Source: Sminthopsis crassicaudata (lineage: Eukaryota). From it: a stretch of 64,000 bases of DNA. The number at the start of each line of letters is the position of its first letter. Position 1 is the first letter of the stretch. The stretch is taken from positions 673,424,958-673,488,957 of the forward strand of contig NC_133617.1 in NCBI RefSeq assembly GCF_048593235.1, read 5' to 3'. The translations under genes and the position numbers were made by a program. Of the stretch, positions 10,560 to 23,241 are shown one piece after another. The notes beneath the pieces were generated by a model. That model searched no databases, was not told the DNA's origin, and saw nothing but the letters and a program-made list of their open reading frames with translations.

Positions 10560-12182
10560 GTGGATACCTCCAAACCCAGAGGGAAGAGACTATTCGGGAG
10601 GAGGGGGTGCTAGAAATGCAGCGCTCATGAACATCATTTATTTTGGACTCCAACGTTCTCCTCTCCATTATTGCCCCCACTGGAGGCCAGAAGCTTATGA
10701 TACTGCCTTTCCAAGGCATTCAGAACCTCTCCTCTCAGGCAGAGATGATTCCAATTCTTACAAGTCTTTTCCATGATTTTATAACGTCCTTAGTTTTATA
10801 CTGAGTCTACTTTTAGAATTAAAAGACCTCATTACAGCTCTAGGGAATTTTCTGATTGGCTTAGAGATAACCTAGGATAATAGTACTGACCAATGGCCCT
10901 GATCCAGTGCACCTAGGGACAAATCCCAAAGTTTGCTTAGGGTTTTCTCCAGGCCTTGTTCCTCGGGGGTCTAAACGAATTCCGGCAGACACCCCCTTCC
11001 ATCCTCTGGGAACTCTCAATATTTCACCACTGCTATCCAGTGAGCCAAGAAAGGGAAAGAGGGGGAGTTCTGAACCTTTTGGGCCAGGTGGGCTCAAGCA
11101 CACTGTTCTTTGGTCCAGCCATTAGTGAATCTTCCAGCAGGAGCTTCTTCTCTTACCTCCAAGATACCTACTATACTTGAGTAAAAGGAAAAAAGGGGAA
11201 AGAGAAAGCCAAATGGGACTGACTATAGGTCCCTTTTATGTAGGCCAGAGCCATCCAACAATCTGTAGAACAAAAGAGCCAACATTTTAGGTGACAGTCC
11301 CCCTCAACAAAGTCCATCCTTTAGGAAGCACCAACAAACTTTATTGGACTTTACAGGAAGAGACAAAGACTCTAGACTCCTCACCATCCCATAAGTGCAA
11401 CATAATCAAAAAATGTCTTTGATCACCTCCCTGAAACCATCAGAACTCTTCCCAAATCAGTTTGGCTGCTGGAAGTAGAGGGCTCCCAACTATGTGGGAC
11501 AGACTGTTTGTAGCCTTATTCTGACCAACAAAAGGGAGTCCTTTAGGGGCTTTTCTTTGTCTTCAAAGACTAGTCAACCGTTTGCCAGGCATTTTGTAGA
11601 AAACCAGTGTTTCTGCAGCTGAATCTTCAAGCCTATGTAGCTAAAGGAGGGAGATGCTGTTGACAGGAACATTGGCAGGGTGGGCAGGCTTGGGGGTGGG
11701 GGGTTAAGATTCTGTTTTAGACAAATTGAGGCCATAAGTTTTGGATAAAAAAAGAAGGAAGATGGATCTGGCAGTACAGATTGGAGGGGGAGAGACCGGA
11801 GGTGGGCGTTACAGTCAAGTTTATGAGGTCTGGAGAAAGGCCTGAAAACTATATCCTTCCACAGTGACCATATGTTTATTTCTAGTCCCACTTTCTCAGC
11901 CCACATGGTAGCTGTGTCTGAGAAGTACTTATTTAGTATTCCAGATTAACTGGAACTTCCCTTCGATTCCAGTTTAGACACCAGAGAATCAAGGCCTGAA
12001 GAATACCCTAAATAAACTTTGGGATTTGCCCCTTGGGTGCACTGGATTAGGACCATTGGCCAGTTCTATTATCCCCAGGTTACCTCTAAGCCAATCAGAA
12101 ATTTAAGAATAGATTCAGAATATAAAATTAAGGACATTATAAAATCATGGGAAAGAATTTTTTATAATTATTGGAATTACCT
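10560..12182. mobile_element. LTR-like sequence containing an inverted repeat pair (10746-10980 and 11966-12182)
   Basis: The two arms align as reverse complements at roughly 80-85% identity by eye. Each carries agccaatcagaa (CCAAT box) and tataaaa. The left arm is followed on the minus strand by AATAAA (10637-10642). Family not identified; outer limits uncertain. Confidence 0.5.
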
Positions 12183-13384
12183 ATGATCATTAGTAATAAG
12201 ATAAGCTTGGGAGATATTCTGGTTTTGTATGTACTAGAGAGAGTTGATCACTCAAAAATTCTTGATAGTGATAGAAGATAAATTGATCTTTTTATGAAGA
12301 AAAGTCAGTTCCAAAAAATGGAAGAATTCATGGGCACAGACTGACGAGTGAAGGAAAAAAAAAATTGGATGCTTCAGTCTCAACCTGCCACAAACTAGCC
12401 CAAGCCAAGAAATCTTCTCAGGATAAGGTCCATGTTCCCCTGAAGGAGATTCCAGAGAAAGGCAGGATGAAATGACTACAGAAGTACTTTAGCTACTAAG
12501 TCAGAAAAAATGGGGGCCCTCCTGGGGAGCAGTAAAGGGGCAGCTCCTCTGACTGTCCCTACATTTATTTTTTTTTTTTTCCTAGTCAAGGGGCAAAGTA
12601 TTTGTAACGCCATTACAAAAGTAGGCTGGAATTCTAAGGGAATTTCAGCAGAGAAACAGAGGCAAGGAGACACACTTATCCAGCTTTTTAGCATTGATAC
12701 GCTCATTCTGTGGCTCATGGGTGGGAAAGAATTTAGTTTTCATTGACCAGATTATTACTATTGTCTCAGAAGCTTCCTCCACAGGCTTATCCTGAGGCCA
12801 GAAACCATAAGAGAGTCAGCAGTGAATTGAGGAGTGGTCTTATTTAAAATCAGATTGTTCTCAGATCGGGAATGTGGGAAGTCCTCGACTGCCCCCACAT
12901 TTGTGCATGATCTGAAGACTCTGAACTCTGAACTGATGTACATGCAAATATTGGCCAGCAGAGAATGCAAGAAGCATATGCAGGGATAATGCTAGAAATC
13001 AGTGAAAAAGGGAAATGATCATCTCCTTTGGAATACAGGGAGAGGGTCTGCTCCAGAAGCTGGTAGGAGCAGCATAACCCACAGAAGCAAGTCAAAACAG
13101 AACAAGTGAGTAAGGATCTGCAGAATCATAGATTTCTAGCTGATAGAGATGAGGCAGTGGTGCAGGCACTGGTGGAGGGAGAAGAAATGGAGGAAATGAC
13201 TGGTTGTGAGCTAGCCATGTGACATTAGATGGAGTGCTGGGTTTTCAGTCAGGAAGATTGGAGTTCTACTTCTACCTCAGACCATACTGGCTGTGTAACC
13301 CTGCCTTAGTTTCCTTTTTTGTGAAGTCTTCCTTAACTGAATGCCTTCTGAGATGAATTTCAGGTTATCCTCATATATCTTGTT

Positions 13385-13580
13385 TGTGGGCATCTAGATG
13401 GCACAGTGGATAGAGTAGTTGACTTAGAATCAAGAAGACTCATCTCCATGAGTGCAAATCCAGCTTTAGACACTTACTAGCTAGGTGACCCTGGGCAGGT
13501 CAATGTTTGCCTCAGTTTCCTCATCTGCAAAATGAGGACATGGCAAACCACTTCGGTATCTTTGCTAAGAAAACTCCAAA
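13385..13580 (+). mobile_element. MIR/MAR1-like SINE
   Basis: CORE-SINE motifs (gcacagtggatagag...gtgaccctgggca...gcctcagtttcctcatctgcaaaatg). Confidence 0.7.
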
Positions 13581-15351
13581 AATCCCAAACAGCAAAGCTT
13601 GTTTGTATACAGCTGTGTCTATGATCCTTCTATCCCCTTTTCTATCCCACCAGATTGAGCTTTTTGCAGCTTGGTCTTGTTTTTGACTTTCTTTGTATTC
13701 CCAAGGCTTAGCACAGTGGTATATAGTAGGTAATTAATAAATGCTTTATTTAATAACCTGATTTAATAATAGCACCTACCCCACAGGATTGTTATAATGG
13801 CTAAATGAATGAATATATGTAAAGTGCTTTACAAATTTTAAAGGGCTATATAAATGCTAGTTGTTACAGAGAAAATAGGCTCCAAATTGATCTTTGAGCT
13901 CATGGATCATTGATCTATCTGGAAGGTTATCTAGTCTGATTCCCTGATTTTACAGATGAGGGAACAGAAGACCTTGGAGATTAAATGACCTTCCCTGGTT
14001 ACATAGATGCTAAGTGTCAGAGAAAGGTGGACTCCAGAGCAGTTGCACTTTTCACTGCCTCCCTCAAAGAATAGGGGAGGGATGGCAAATAAGCAAAGGA
14101 GAAGAGTCCTCCACTGATCATATAGATATAAGGACAGGACCTTGAAGAAAACTTGTCAAAAATAGGATCGGGGCAAATACCATTCTGTTTAGAAGGACAA
14201 AGGATAGGGGAAGAATCCCATCAGCTTTTAGAGTACCACCAGCAGGACCTGGATGCTCATTGGGAAGTGAGAGATGTATTCAAGATAATACAAAGGTGTG
14301 CCATATTTCCAAAGGGAACTTCAATTGGAATTCCGATTTAGGAAACGGAGCTTAGTTGAGGACAGAAGTCACCCCAGATGCTAAAGACATGAGGCTCCAC
14401 GTCCTGGGACTCAGGATCTCCTAGAGCAGTGACAGTGAAGATGGACAGCATGTGTTAGAGAATGGATCCAAAGTGATTCACCAAATCCCAGTCATTTTAG
14501 AAACCATATTTAAGGAAAATGCCTTCACGGTCTATCACAGGGCAGCTGGAATGACAGGAATAACATTTCCATATTTGGTATATTGATGGGTTGTGACCTA
14601 AATAGATGCTGTGGCTCTGGAACTGCACCCTCTGGATTGGACCAGCCCCCCAGAGCTTCCTATTTGTTCTGTATGGGAGTTAATCTACTACCCTGGGGCT
14701 GAGTGCCCCTGGTTGGTTGAGTAGGTGAATGAGGCCTAATTAACTCACTTTATTTCCAAGTCTGCCCAGACCATGCTCCACATGTACTTGTCATACCGCC
14801 ATGCACTAACTCCATCCCATCTTCATTTCCCCCTTTGGCTTTGGAATGGTAATCAAATCACAACTACCTTGTTTCTGAAAAAGCCATGACAATTCTCCAC
14901 CAATAGTTCAGCCCACCATCTCTGTTGACTCCCTAGACCTTAGAAAATTCCTTTCTCTCATTGCCAGTGTTATTTCCCTTTATTAGAATATAAAGAATAG
15001 CTTGATGGTGCAGTGGTTAGAACACTGGACTTAGAATCAGAAAGATTCATTTAAGTTCAAATATGGCTCAGATACTTAACCAGCTGTGTGATCTTGGGCA
15101 ATTCACTTCACTCTGCCTCTGTTTCCCCATCTTTTAAACAAGAAGGAAATGGCAAACCACTCCATTCTTTGCCAAGAAAGTTCATGAAGTGTCAGATAAC
15201 AATTAGAACATAAGCTCCCTTGAGAGAAGGGACTTTTTTGTATTTGTATCCTCAGTGCATTTTCATTTATTCATTCATTTTGGATGCAGCAACTACCTCC
15301 AGAATTAGTGTTGTTTGGAATTCCCTTTGACCTTTTTGAGAATATGGCAGG

Positions 15352-15499
15352 GACAGCTAGGTGGCGATGTGGATAGAGCACCAGCCTTGAATTCAGGAGG
15401 ACCAGAGTTCAAATTTGGTCTCAGACACTTAACACTTTCTAGCTGTGTGACCCTGGGCAAGTCACTTAACCCCAGCCTCAGAAAAAGAAAAAAAAAGAA
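15352..15499 (+). mobile_element. WSINE1-like SINE
   Basis: 11-bp TSD aatatggcagg (15341-15351 and 15500-15510) and an A-rich tail. Confidence 0.85.
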
Positions 15500-15529
15500 A
15501 ATATGGCAGGACACTGCAAAGCAGCAAGT

Positions 15530-16470
15530 CAGGAAGTGATTGATATCTGAATACCAGATCTATGCTTCTGTGGCAGAGCTCATAGGATAGGGGCAAGTGG
15601 GGGCCCAATGCTGAGGTCATCTTATTTCAGTTGAACATTCTGGTTACTCTACAGGGCCTGAAAGATGAAAGGATTGATAGAGAGAACCTCAGCAGGATGA
15701 TCCATGCTTTCATTGCAAGGATGAGATGTGGGGTGTGTCTAAGAAGTAACTCACATAAAACAGTTTTCTGACTTTCAATGTTTCCGAGAGGTCTGGGTTG
15801 ATTCCTTGATGTGTGATAAAAGGCTCCAGAAGCCATCTGATATAATTGTTGTTCAATGTTAACAGAGTATAGCAGTTTAAAGATCTCTTTGAGGGATTCA
15901 TAGAATGGGAAAGAATGAATTTGTGGGAACTGCAAGATTGAATAAGAGGACTAATGTATGCTGTTCCAAAAGTTCAAAATGTGGCAGATTCTTTGTTAAG
16001 ACTGTTGCAAGGCTGGAAGTCAACAGAAGCTGGATCAGGAAAAGCCATGGGATTTGGCAATTAAGAATATTGGTGACTTTGGAAAGAATACTGGTGGAAT
16101 GATAGGATCAAAAGCCAGAATGTAAGAGGTTAAGAAGAGTGTGGAAAAGTAGAGGAATCTATCGTAGATCTTTTTCAGTTTAATATAAAGGGCTGAAGAT
16201 ATGTAGGATAATTGGCAAGAGTGGATCGAGTGTTTTTTCAGGATGGAGGAGTCCTGGACATGTATGTAGGCAGTAGGGAAGGAACCGGTAGATAGAGATT
16301 ATCTACTCTACTAGGGACAACAGAGGGGACAATCTATCAGAAGAAATGAGGTGGGATCACTTAAAGTAGAGGATCCTCTTCTCCTTGGTGAGGAGTAAGG
16401 CCATTTCATCATGAGACAGGGGTCAGGAGAAGAGCATGAATGATGGAAGATGAAGATGAAGGGAGGAGAG
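15530..16470 (+). mobile_element. Degenerate L2 LINE fragment
   Basis: L2-like sequence (ggcaattaagaatattggtgactttggaaaga...); approximate limits. Confidence 0.5.
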
Positions 16471-16920
16471 AGCTCTTGAAAGCTTTATTGAAACCTAAGA
16501 AGTCTAGGAACCTTGCAATAAGCCATTAAACGAAAGGGAATGGAGTTAGTGTGGCAATAGACAGCCAGCTAATTTCTGAGTGCATGCTTTTCAACTTTAC
16601 AGAATCTTAAAGCCCCGTTAAAGAGGCATCTTGGAGTCAGATCTCTTCCCCCTCCCCTCAGCCCGCACCTTGTATGATCAATGTCCAACCTGGGCCTTTG
16701 TTCTTCTACTAAGAGTCTGACTCTAATCAGAAGCTTCCCATTTCATAAGGGTGGGGAGAAGGGGAAGGAATTTGTTGTGATTGAGGACACAGCTGAGTTA
16801 ATGCAAAGTCCCTGTCAGTAAGTCCTTATGACCTCATAGGTGGTAGCTAGCCCTCCTGCCTAGACCAGGCCACAGCTGTCAAAGCTGATCAGAGGAGACA
16901 GCCACTTGCCTCCAAACCCC

Positions 16921-16938
16921 ATGGGATGTAAAGACTCT
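16921..16938 (+). other. Candidate 18-nt IQCF first coding mini-exon (MGCKDS)
   Basis: ATG GGA TGT AAA GAC TCT followed by donor gtaagg (phase 0), with TGACCTCA (CRE-like) at 16829-16836 upstream. Resembles short MGSKCC-type IQCF N-termini as I recall them. Confidence 0.5.
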
Positions 16939-17646
16939 GTAAGGGCCAGGAAAGGGGGGAGGAAGGCATGGGATCTTGGAGACTCTGCTTCTGGTGGGGA
17001 GGGTGGCGGGAGGGGAAAATAAGATTGACCTAGGAGAAGGGTAAGAGAACAGGAATCCTCTGGAGAAATTTAAGCCAATTTGGGGTCCAAGGGCCAGAGG
17101 CTAGTCCCCAGGAAGAATGGCCATTTAGTGTCAACCTCTCCCAATCTGCATTTCTCAATTGTCCCCTTTCCTTCCTTCTCCTGCCCCATTTCTGGTACAG
17201 AAGGGTAGTAATGAATCTGAAAATGAACCTAACAACTTTGAAGAAAAACACATGGTAGGTGAAGGTTGGATGTTTCCTTAAGGTGTTTGGGAGGGGGCAG
17301 AAATTGTCTCTCAGGCTGTGAATAACTCCTGTGGGGCTGAGCTCTGATGAGCACTTTCTAGCTATGAGGGAGCTGTGTTTGACTGCTGTTTGGAAGATAA
17401 CAAACAGAGAGAGCTAGCAAGGCTTGAATGATCAGGTGGGGAGCGGAAAATGAGAGGGTGGGGATTTGGAAGGGCCTGGGAATAGGATGGGGACTAGAGA
17501 GGAGCCCATGGGACTTAATATGAGAACAGTAATCCTGCTCTGGTAAGTTATAAGTACCAGGGAAATGGGAGATTGTTGCCAACACAGGAGGAAAGGCCAT
17601 TCCAAGTGGTCCCTCCCATTAAGCTCTGCCTCATTTCCTGTGGCAG

Positions 17647-17953
17647 ACACAGATGAAGGACTCTGTGAGCCCAAAGATACCGGCATGGTGGTAGGGAATG
17701 TTGGGGTGACAAACACTGCTGCGTGCGTCCCTCCAAGCCTGGGCCATGCAGTGCTGCTGTTGTGCATGCCCACAGAAGTGGGCCTGGTGAAGGCTCCATC
17801 ACTGGTCTCTATCCCCTGGGGGATGCCCAACACATCACCACCACCTGCCTCACCCAATCTTGCCAGCAGTACCCCTCTCGGGGATTGGCATTTGATACTA
17901 ACATTCCAATGGTTTGAGGAGCTAGAGGAACTAGCCCTTCCCTGCCCAATAAA
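17647..17953 (+). pseudogene. IQCF-family pseudogene (degenerate paralogue of the exon at 22375)
   Basis: Acceptor tttcctgtggcag precedes 17647. Frame 1 reads TQMKDSVSPKIPAWW*GMLG*QTLLRASLQAWAMQC (stops at 17692 and 17707) against [27 protein letters not shown] in the intact copy. A second frame reads AVLLLCMPTEVGLVKAPSLV against [21 protein letters not shown] third frame ends GLAFDTNIPMV* (17917) against [11 protein letters not shown]. Both copies share cccaataaagga around the poly(A) signal (17945-17956 and 22751-22762). Confidence 0.85.
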
Positions 17954-18089
17954 GGACGTCTTCAGGCCCACCCTGTCTCCTTCACTGATTCTTCTTTCCC
18001 TCCAAACATTGACCTGACCCTAAATCTCTTCTCTCTCCATGCTTCCTACCTGGTGATCTCATCTGCTCCCCTGGCATCAGTTACAATGT

Positions 18090-18860
18090 CAATGCAGACT
18101 GCCCTAGTGGAGCATCTCCAAGGATGGACGTGCCTCTGGTCAGGGTTGCTTGATGTTTTTATCAGTGATCTGCAGACAAACACTCCTGAGAATTTTCAGA
18201 TGTCAGCAGTGGGAGGAAAGGCTGACAGGTTGCATGACAAGTCAAGTGTCCCAAAAGAACCCAACAGGCTGCAATGGGCTGAACTGATTAAGATGAAGTG
18301 TCTTAACAGTGACAAAACCAGATGCTTTGGTTCAAAAAATCAAGCGCTCCAGTCCAAAAGATGGAGGTCTTGGTGGACTACATTAAGGGGGCTTGGCAAC
18401 CACAAGCTTATCACATTTTGTGTTGCCCTGAGACATGTTTAGAAGGTAAGAGCTAAGTCCCAATGTCCTTGTCTGATTGGAGTAATGAAGGAAACCCAAT
18501 CTGGAACCCATTCAGTTCTTCAAGTTGTTTTAGGAAGAGAGCACTGATGAAATGGAGACCATGATGGGGAAGAGCTTGGACTCAATACTATAAAAAAATC
18601 AATTGAAAGATCTCAAGATATTTAACTTGGAGAAGAGAGAAAGTTTTGCAAAGATGGCTAGCAGGAGTACGGATGACAGTCATTCTTAAGAATTTGGAGA
18701 GCTAACAAGAGGAAAAGAGAATAATGGGTGGAAATGAGGCAGATTTTAGCTCGGTATAAGGAAAAACTTCCTAATCATTAGAATGATCAAAAAGTGAAAT
18801 CAGCTATCTTAAAAGATGAGTTCTTTCTTTCTTAAAGACTTCAAGCTAAAGTCTTCAGAC
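18090..18860 (+). mobile_element. CR1/L3 LINE reverse transcriptase fragment
   Basis: Degenerate CR1 RT-like sequence (gatgtttttatcagtgatctg...ggaggaaaggctgac...aacaggctgcaatgggctgaa); approximate limits. Confidence 0.6.
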
Positions 18861-19669
18861 TCTTATAAGAATATTTCAGAGGTGGTTAAAGCACTGGGTT
18901 TGGAGTCACAAACACCGGAGTCCAAATTCTACTTTGGGCACCAAGAACCCTTAGTTTCCTAATCTGTAGAAATAAGAGACTGGACTTATGTGCTTTCTAG
19001 CTCTAGACTCCCAACTGATTCTAACTGCCAGGGGTGATTTCCAGCCTTGAACATGTCTCCTGAGATTCCAGATTGTTTAAAACTAACAAGATACACACCC
19101 ATTTCAGTGTGTCACTGGCGCCCCAAACTCATAAACCAGCTTTCTTCCACTTTTATTTCTGTAGCTGGTAGCATCACTATCCTTCCCAACTCTCCAAAGA
19201 CCTTCCTCAGACTCCTTCACTCCCATATCCAATCCTCTTCCCAAGTCCTGGCTATTCCTGCCTCCATATCCTCACATCCAGATCCTTCAATGTCACTATT
19301 TTTGTACAAGTCTTTGTTACTTTACATTTAACAGATCACTATTTTAGGTACAGGAAATACTTAACACTTGGTCAGAAAGAAATCTCAGGGGACTCATGCT
19401 AGTACTAGGCACAGAACTGGATGCCACTTGACACTTGTCACCAATAACCAAGTTCTAGATCACTATCATGAGGAAGCAGGGGCTGTACCTGGATTAGGGG
19501 CAAAGTACAGGCCTGAAGAGCGGTGACCAAATTTCTCATATCATCTACAGAACTCGGATCAAGTTGTAAAAGTAGGAGGACATCATAGAAGTTCAGGTCA
19601 ATTGTCCCTACTCTAGAGGTGAGTAGAATTCAATTTTTAATATCAAGCCCAAATTCAAGATTTAGGATG

Positions 19670-20640
19670 AGAAAATGAGCAAACAAAAAAGCCTGATCAT
19701 TAAAAGTGACAGGGAGGCTCAAAACAAAAACTCAGAAGGCAATGACTTGAAAATAATATATACAAGGCAAAGACTTTGGAGGGGAGGACAGGGCAGAATG
19801 CAAACCGAACAAAAGCTCAATAAGAATTCCTATAAAAGCTGAAGAGATAAAAGAACAACATCAACAAAAAAAGGTAATTTTAAAAATAAAACATGAGTGG
19901 TAGAGCAAACTTGGTGAAAACAGCTTGGTAAAAGAGGCACAAAAAATACTGAAGAAAATAACCCCTTAAAATAACTGGTTGAATGGTAAGAGTTGTACAA
20001 AACATTACTGAATACCTCCTTAAAAATTAGAATTGGTCAAGGGGGGGAGCTAATAATTACAAGAGATGTCAAGAAATAACAAAGTCAAAAGAATGGGAAA
20101 AAAATTGAAAAGAACTGAAATTAATAGGAAAAACTGAGAAGTTAAAAAAAAAAAAAAAACCCAAGAAGAGATAATAGTTGGATTACCTGAAAACCATGGT
20201 CCAAAAAAAAAAAAAACCCAAAGAAACAAAAAACCCAGCCTGGATATGGTATTTCAAGAAATTATACACAAAACCTGCCCAGATACCCTAAAACCAAAGG
20301 GCAAAGTAGAAATCACAAGGATCCACTGATCACCTCCTGAAAAACACCCAGAAAAAAATAATTAGAATACCATGTAGCCACAGTCCAGGATGAAGGAGTG
20401 GAGGGCTTGTGGTCTATGATATTCCAGACAGCAAACAACCTAGAATAACAACCAAGAATAACCTACCTGGCAAAATTGAGAATAATCCTTCAGGAGAAAA
20501 ATGAATATTTAATGAAACAGAGAACTTGAAAGATGCTTAAGAAATCATAAAAGACTTATCAATAATAAACTGTTTACATTCCCAAATGGGAAGATGATAC
20601 ATGTAACCCTTAATATTAATCAGTAAGGCCATTAGGTGCC
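19670..20640 (+). mobile_element. Old L1/HAL1 ORF1 region, disrupted
   Basis: A-rich, Lys/Glu-biased degenerate ORF1 starting atgagcaaacaaaaaagcc, with later ORF1-like motifs (ttggattacctgaaaacc; aacaaccaagaataacctacctggcaaaattgag). Confidence 0.55.
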
Positions 20641-21219
20641 TACTTAAAGGACACAGATATGAATCTATTATGTTAAGATATTCTCAAAAAAAAGAAAAGT
20701 AGAGCAAGAAAGAGTGATGCACAAAGAATAGACAACACCCTTAGTCTCACTCATTTGAACTAGTTTGAGGAAAGAGTCCACATCCACAATTGAGTAGAGA
20801 AATTTTCCTTATTTAACAAAGAAGAGGTTAAGAGAAAGTGTGGAGGAGTGATGAGTGAGGGTAAATTTAGGGAGGCAAGAAAGAAGAAACCACAACTGGC
20901 ATAACAATCAATTGAGGGGAAAAGGTGAAAAACTGGATCATAGATGTAAAAGTCAAATTCATAGGAGAGTTAGATCAGCAAATAATCAAGGCACAGAGAA
21001 ATTAAATGATTTGTTCCAAATCTAAAGTGGGGAAAGAATTTGTACCAATTACTTTCTTTTACATCATGCTACCTCTTATGAATAAGAACTGGAAAAATAT
21101 ACAGAAAAGTAAAAGTGTTTATATGTGGATACAAAAACATAGGATACCAACTCTTTCTGCGCTATGCAAGTAAACATGCACATTTTTAAGGTTTCAGTGG
21201 GGGTACTCCCTCTTTAGCA

Positions 21220-21925
21220 GTATGCACTGCTATGCACTCACCCCACCTTATCCATTATTATTGCTGTTCACATACTTCCAAAAACCCTCCATGGAGGAGC
21301 TACGCACCATCCACATTGTGGAGTATCAATGCAGAATTTGGATTGTCTTTTACTTGCTATGGGTCCTGTCTGCCTCTTCTGAGGCTCCTTTTCCTGAATA
21401 ACTTATTTCCTGAGTAACTCTTAAACCAATCTTCAATATACTGTAGTTACACCCACCATGTATGTCTCCATTGCCTTGAGTTCTCCAATTTAATTTGGGG
21501 TGTTCCATATTATGTAGAGAGAATCATTGGAAATCTGCTTTTGTTCAAAGGTAGGTTTTATGTCTGTCGGGTGGCAAATTTAAGATGATCAGAAGGTTCC
21601 TCAATGTAATTCAATCAACCCACTCTTCTTTTGAATTTAGGTCTAGTTTAAATTTGGGTCCATCTACAATGCCTATTGAAGACATATGTGCTGATGGGCT
21701 GACATAAGGGCCACATTTCCAGCTGGACGTTGGGTAACAGGCACATCTTCATGCATTTGTTTTTCTCCTATTGAATTGTTAGGCTGATCACTTTTGAATG
21801 GGAATGACTTTCATGGAGGGGGTCCAGACTCTGGGGCTTGATGCAATCAACAAAATGTCATCTGAAAATAAAGGCATTAGAGGAGCTCAGGAGCCTGTGA
21901 AGAGCCCTTCTTCCATTTCAGCCGC
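21220..21925 (-). mobile_element. RTE-clade LINE reverse transcriptase fragment
   Basis: Minus strand near 21840-21880 translates to ...FSDDILLIASSP, matching the RT LFADD motif context; multiple stops and frameshifts. Confidence 0.65.
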
Positions 21926-22374
21926 CTAAGATGCTGGTTTTAAGCAGCTTTAAGCTTCGCTTGCTAAACCGAACAGGAGCACAGCTGAACCCAGTTCTCT
22001 TTCTGGTTTCATTTATCAAGCCAGAGAAGGTTTAAATGTGGTCAAACACTTCTTATCGCTACCCACCAAATGAGGAGCACAGGGCTCTCGTTTCATTTTG
22101 GGCGGGGGGAGAGTGGTACTTTTTCTGTGGAGCTTCCAAAGCCCCCATCTGGTAAGGGGGACAGCCAGGCCTGACCCAGACCACATGGGGCTCAAAGAAA
22201 GGGAGAGGGGTGGGGGAATGAAAGGAGTTAGGGAAGGTTTAAGATTATTACCAGAGCCTAGGATGAGGGCAGAGCTCCGGGGCAGGGAAGGTGTAGACAG
22301 AGACAAAGGCTAAGCGAGAACAGGGGACTGGCTGGGGGCTGAGTAGGCTTTTGTCCTGCTCCGCTCTGGCCTAG

Positions 22375-22734
<360 letters not shown>

Positions 22735-23241
22735 GGCCTGGTCGGTCCTCCCCAATAAAGGATTTTGGTGGGCCTGACCTGACCTCTTCCCTCCTTGGGC
22801 CCTAACTGGCAGAGGGACCTTGGGTAAGGGCCCTGCTACCTGTCTGCCTCAGCTGCGTAAAACAGACAATAGCAGCTATCTCCCAGGGTGGTTGTGGGGA
22901 TGGACGAGATAACAGACATAGAGCCCACTGCAAGCCTGATGTGCTCTCTAAGCCATGACCTCGTTTGCTCTCTGGCTCTCCCCAGCTGCTCTGTATCCAA
23001 CACCATCTCCGTCTGTCCTGTTCCTGTGGCTGGGAAACCGCTTCCACTCCTGGGCCTCCCCCGGAGACATCACAGGGGGGCCCCACACCCCGCCTCCTGC
23101 TCCCTCTGAGGCTTGCCCATTCCCAGGAAGAACCCACAGGCAGGCTGGGCCTGGAGTGACCCACAGGCCACTTTAATACAAACAGTGGGGGCAGAGAAGA
23201 GCTTTAAATAAGGAGGGGGGAGGGCTTGTGGGGAAGAGGTA

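Noticed and set aside
13145-13185. Weak match to the IQCF QAWWR codons
   Set aside because: Only ~20 nt with gaps, no acceptor and no continuing homology.
17432-17971. 179-codon antisense ORF over the IQCF pseudogene
   Set aside because: Explained as the shadow of coding-derived sequence; no family resemblance.
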